A stretch of DNA of 64,000 nt. Source: Wickerhamiella versatilis. Lineage: Eukaryota. The stretch is taken from NCBI GenBank assembly GCA_030867685.1, contig JAQOWU010000007.1, positions 1,674,001 to 1,738,000 of the forward strand. Direction: 5' to 3'. Below are positions 62,879 to 64,000 of the stretch, in pieces (within the stretch, counting starts at the first letter, position 1; each line of letters starts with the position of its first letter). The position numbers were made by a program, and so were the translations under genes. Under the pieces are notes generated by a model. The model was not told the origin of the DNA. It did no database searches and was given only the letters and a program-made list of their open reading frames with translations.

Positions 62879-63835
62879 ATGGTGGAGGATACGGAGGAGA
62901 TGTGTCCTATTTGCCGCTCTAGTAGCTATCTCAACCCCGAAATGAGATTTCTGGTAAATCCTGAATGCTATCATAAAATGTGCGAGTCCTGCGTTGATAG
63001 GATATTTAGCGGTGGTCCATCACCATGCCCTTTTCGTGGCTGTGGCAAGATTCTCCGAAAATCTCGGTTCAAACGTCAGGTTTTTGATGACCTTAAAGTG
63101 GAACGAGAAGTTGACGTGCGCCAGCGTATATGTAGGGTGTTCAATCGGCCTGAGGACTCATTTGCCAGTGAACGAGAGTACAATGACTATCTCGAGAAGA
63201 TTGAAGATTTGGTGTTTCGCATAGCTGGTGGTGGTAGGGATGCGGAGGATGCTGAAAAAGAAGTCCAGGAATATGAAAAGGTGCATAAAAAGGATATATT
63301 GGACAATGCCTTGCGAATGAAGCAAGATAGCCAACGGGAAGAGGAAATTCATAATTTAGAGGTTGAACGTCAGCGCCGCCTGAGAATGATGGCGATTGAG
63401 TTGCAAAAGCAGGAGGACGAGTTGCAAAGGCGTCAAGAGGAAGAGGCTGTCTCGGCCTTAGCTGAAGGAAGGGACGCACAGCTAGCTGTGCGGGAAGCTG
63501 CTGATCGCGCAAAGCAACAGATAGATTTACTTCGCACTCAGTATGAAATGGAACTGAAACGTGTTGTTCAAGCCCCTCAACGTTCCGCAACAGCGGCATC
63601 TGCGGCACAAAAGCCACAGACACCATTCACCCCATTTGCTGGAGACCGTGGCTTTCCTGAGCCATTCACTTTGCAAAACTCCTACTTTGATCCTTTGGCT
63701 GATATGGGTATGAAGGATCCGACAGTAAGGGCAGGTGGGTTCACTGCCCGGGAGTCTGAAAAAGAGGCATTGACCTTAGCATATTGGGGGATGGACATTG
63801 ACATTCAGTCGGAAAAGTCGGTTGCTGCCGTATAA
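62879..63835 (+). CDS. TFB3: TFIIH/CAK assembly factor Tfb3/MAT1
   Basis: RING CPICRS..YLNP...NPECYHKMCESCVDRIF..GP.PCP..GC.KILRK; VEREVDVR; YNDYLE. Confidence 0.97.
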   Translation: MVEDTEEMCPICRSSSYLNPEMRFLVNPECYHKMCESCVDRIFSGGPSPCPFRGCGKILRKSRFKRQVFDDLKVEREVDVRQRICRVFNRPEDSFASEREYNDYLEKIEDLVFRIAGGGRDAEDAEKEVQEYEKVHKKDILDNALRMKQDSQREEEIHNLEVERQRRLRMMAIELQKQEDELQRRQEEEAVSALAEGRDAQLAVREAADRAKQQIDLLRTQYEMELKRVVQAPQRSATAASAAQKPQTPFTPFAGDRGFPEPFTLQNSYFDPLADMGMKDPTVRAGGFTARESEKEALTLAYWGMDIDIQSEKSVAAV

Positions 63836-64000
63836 TATAGTCCTGGTCGCGTATTTATTCTATTTTTAGAGCATAATTTGTACACTTATGCATGTAATTA
63901 TATTGGCATCAAACGTCAATAAGAGGTTGTTTCAGTATGGGGGTGGATCACTTCATTTAGCGAAGCAAAGAAAGGAACTCCTCCCGTGTTGCCTGGCGCT

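Noticed and set aside
1-63835. Apparent clustering of Pol II/CTD-related genes (PTA1, PAF1, RPB1, RPD3, SSN3, RRD1, TFB3)
   Set aside because: They are interspersed with unrelated genes over 64 kb; plausible by chance in a dense housekeeping region and untestable without synteny data.

Overview
Gene-dense eukaryotic DNA from an ascomycete yeast. It reads with the standard genetic code, shows no evident spliceosomal introns, and has very short intergenic spacers and trimmed proteins; this style suggests a compact Wickerhamiella/Starmerella-like genome (inference). The window holds about 35 protein genes, mostly housekeeping (PTA1 3' end, CCZ1, RIT1, PAF1, MRC1-like, RPB1, DPB11, RPD3, AEP2, GPI12, HOG1, YCF1, GAP1-like permease, AVL9, RGP1, IML2, MSC1/Ish1, TIM22, a PPR protein, ERG13, TUL1, RPS8, DPH3, SSN3, MRPL11, ISM1, PET127, NUP192, RRD1, HAS1, PFA5, TFB3). 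It also holds two tRNA genes (initiator Met; Arg-UCU with an 8-nt intron) and a frameshifted permease relic. No transposon was seen. Highlights: (1) the Pol II CTD has no canonical heptad array, using 6x FGAASPA and then ten YSPTSP cores spaced 8-9 residues apart; (2) divergent genes have start codons only 17-67 bp apart, and an AP-1/Yap-like TKASTMA motif recurs within about 35 bp of many ATGs; (3) a coiled-coil protein carries a TRAK/HAP1/BICD-type CC1 box; (4) a degenerate tRNA-like A/B-box unit sits directly upstream of tRNA-Arg. Gene calls rest on recalled family motifs, not database searches.
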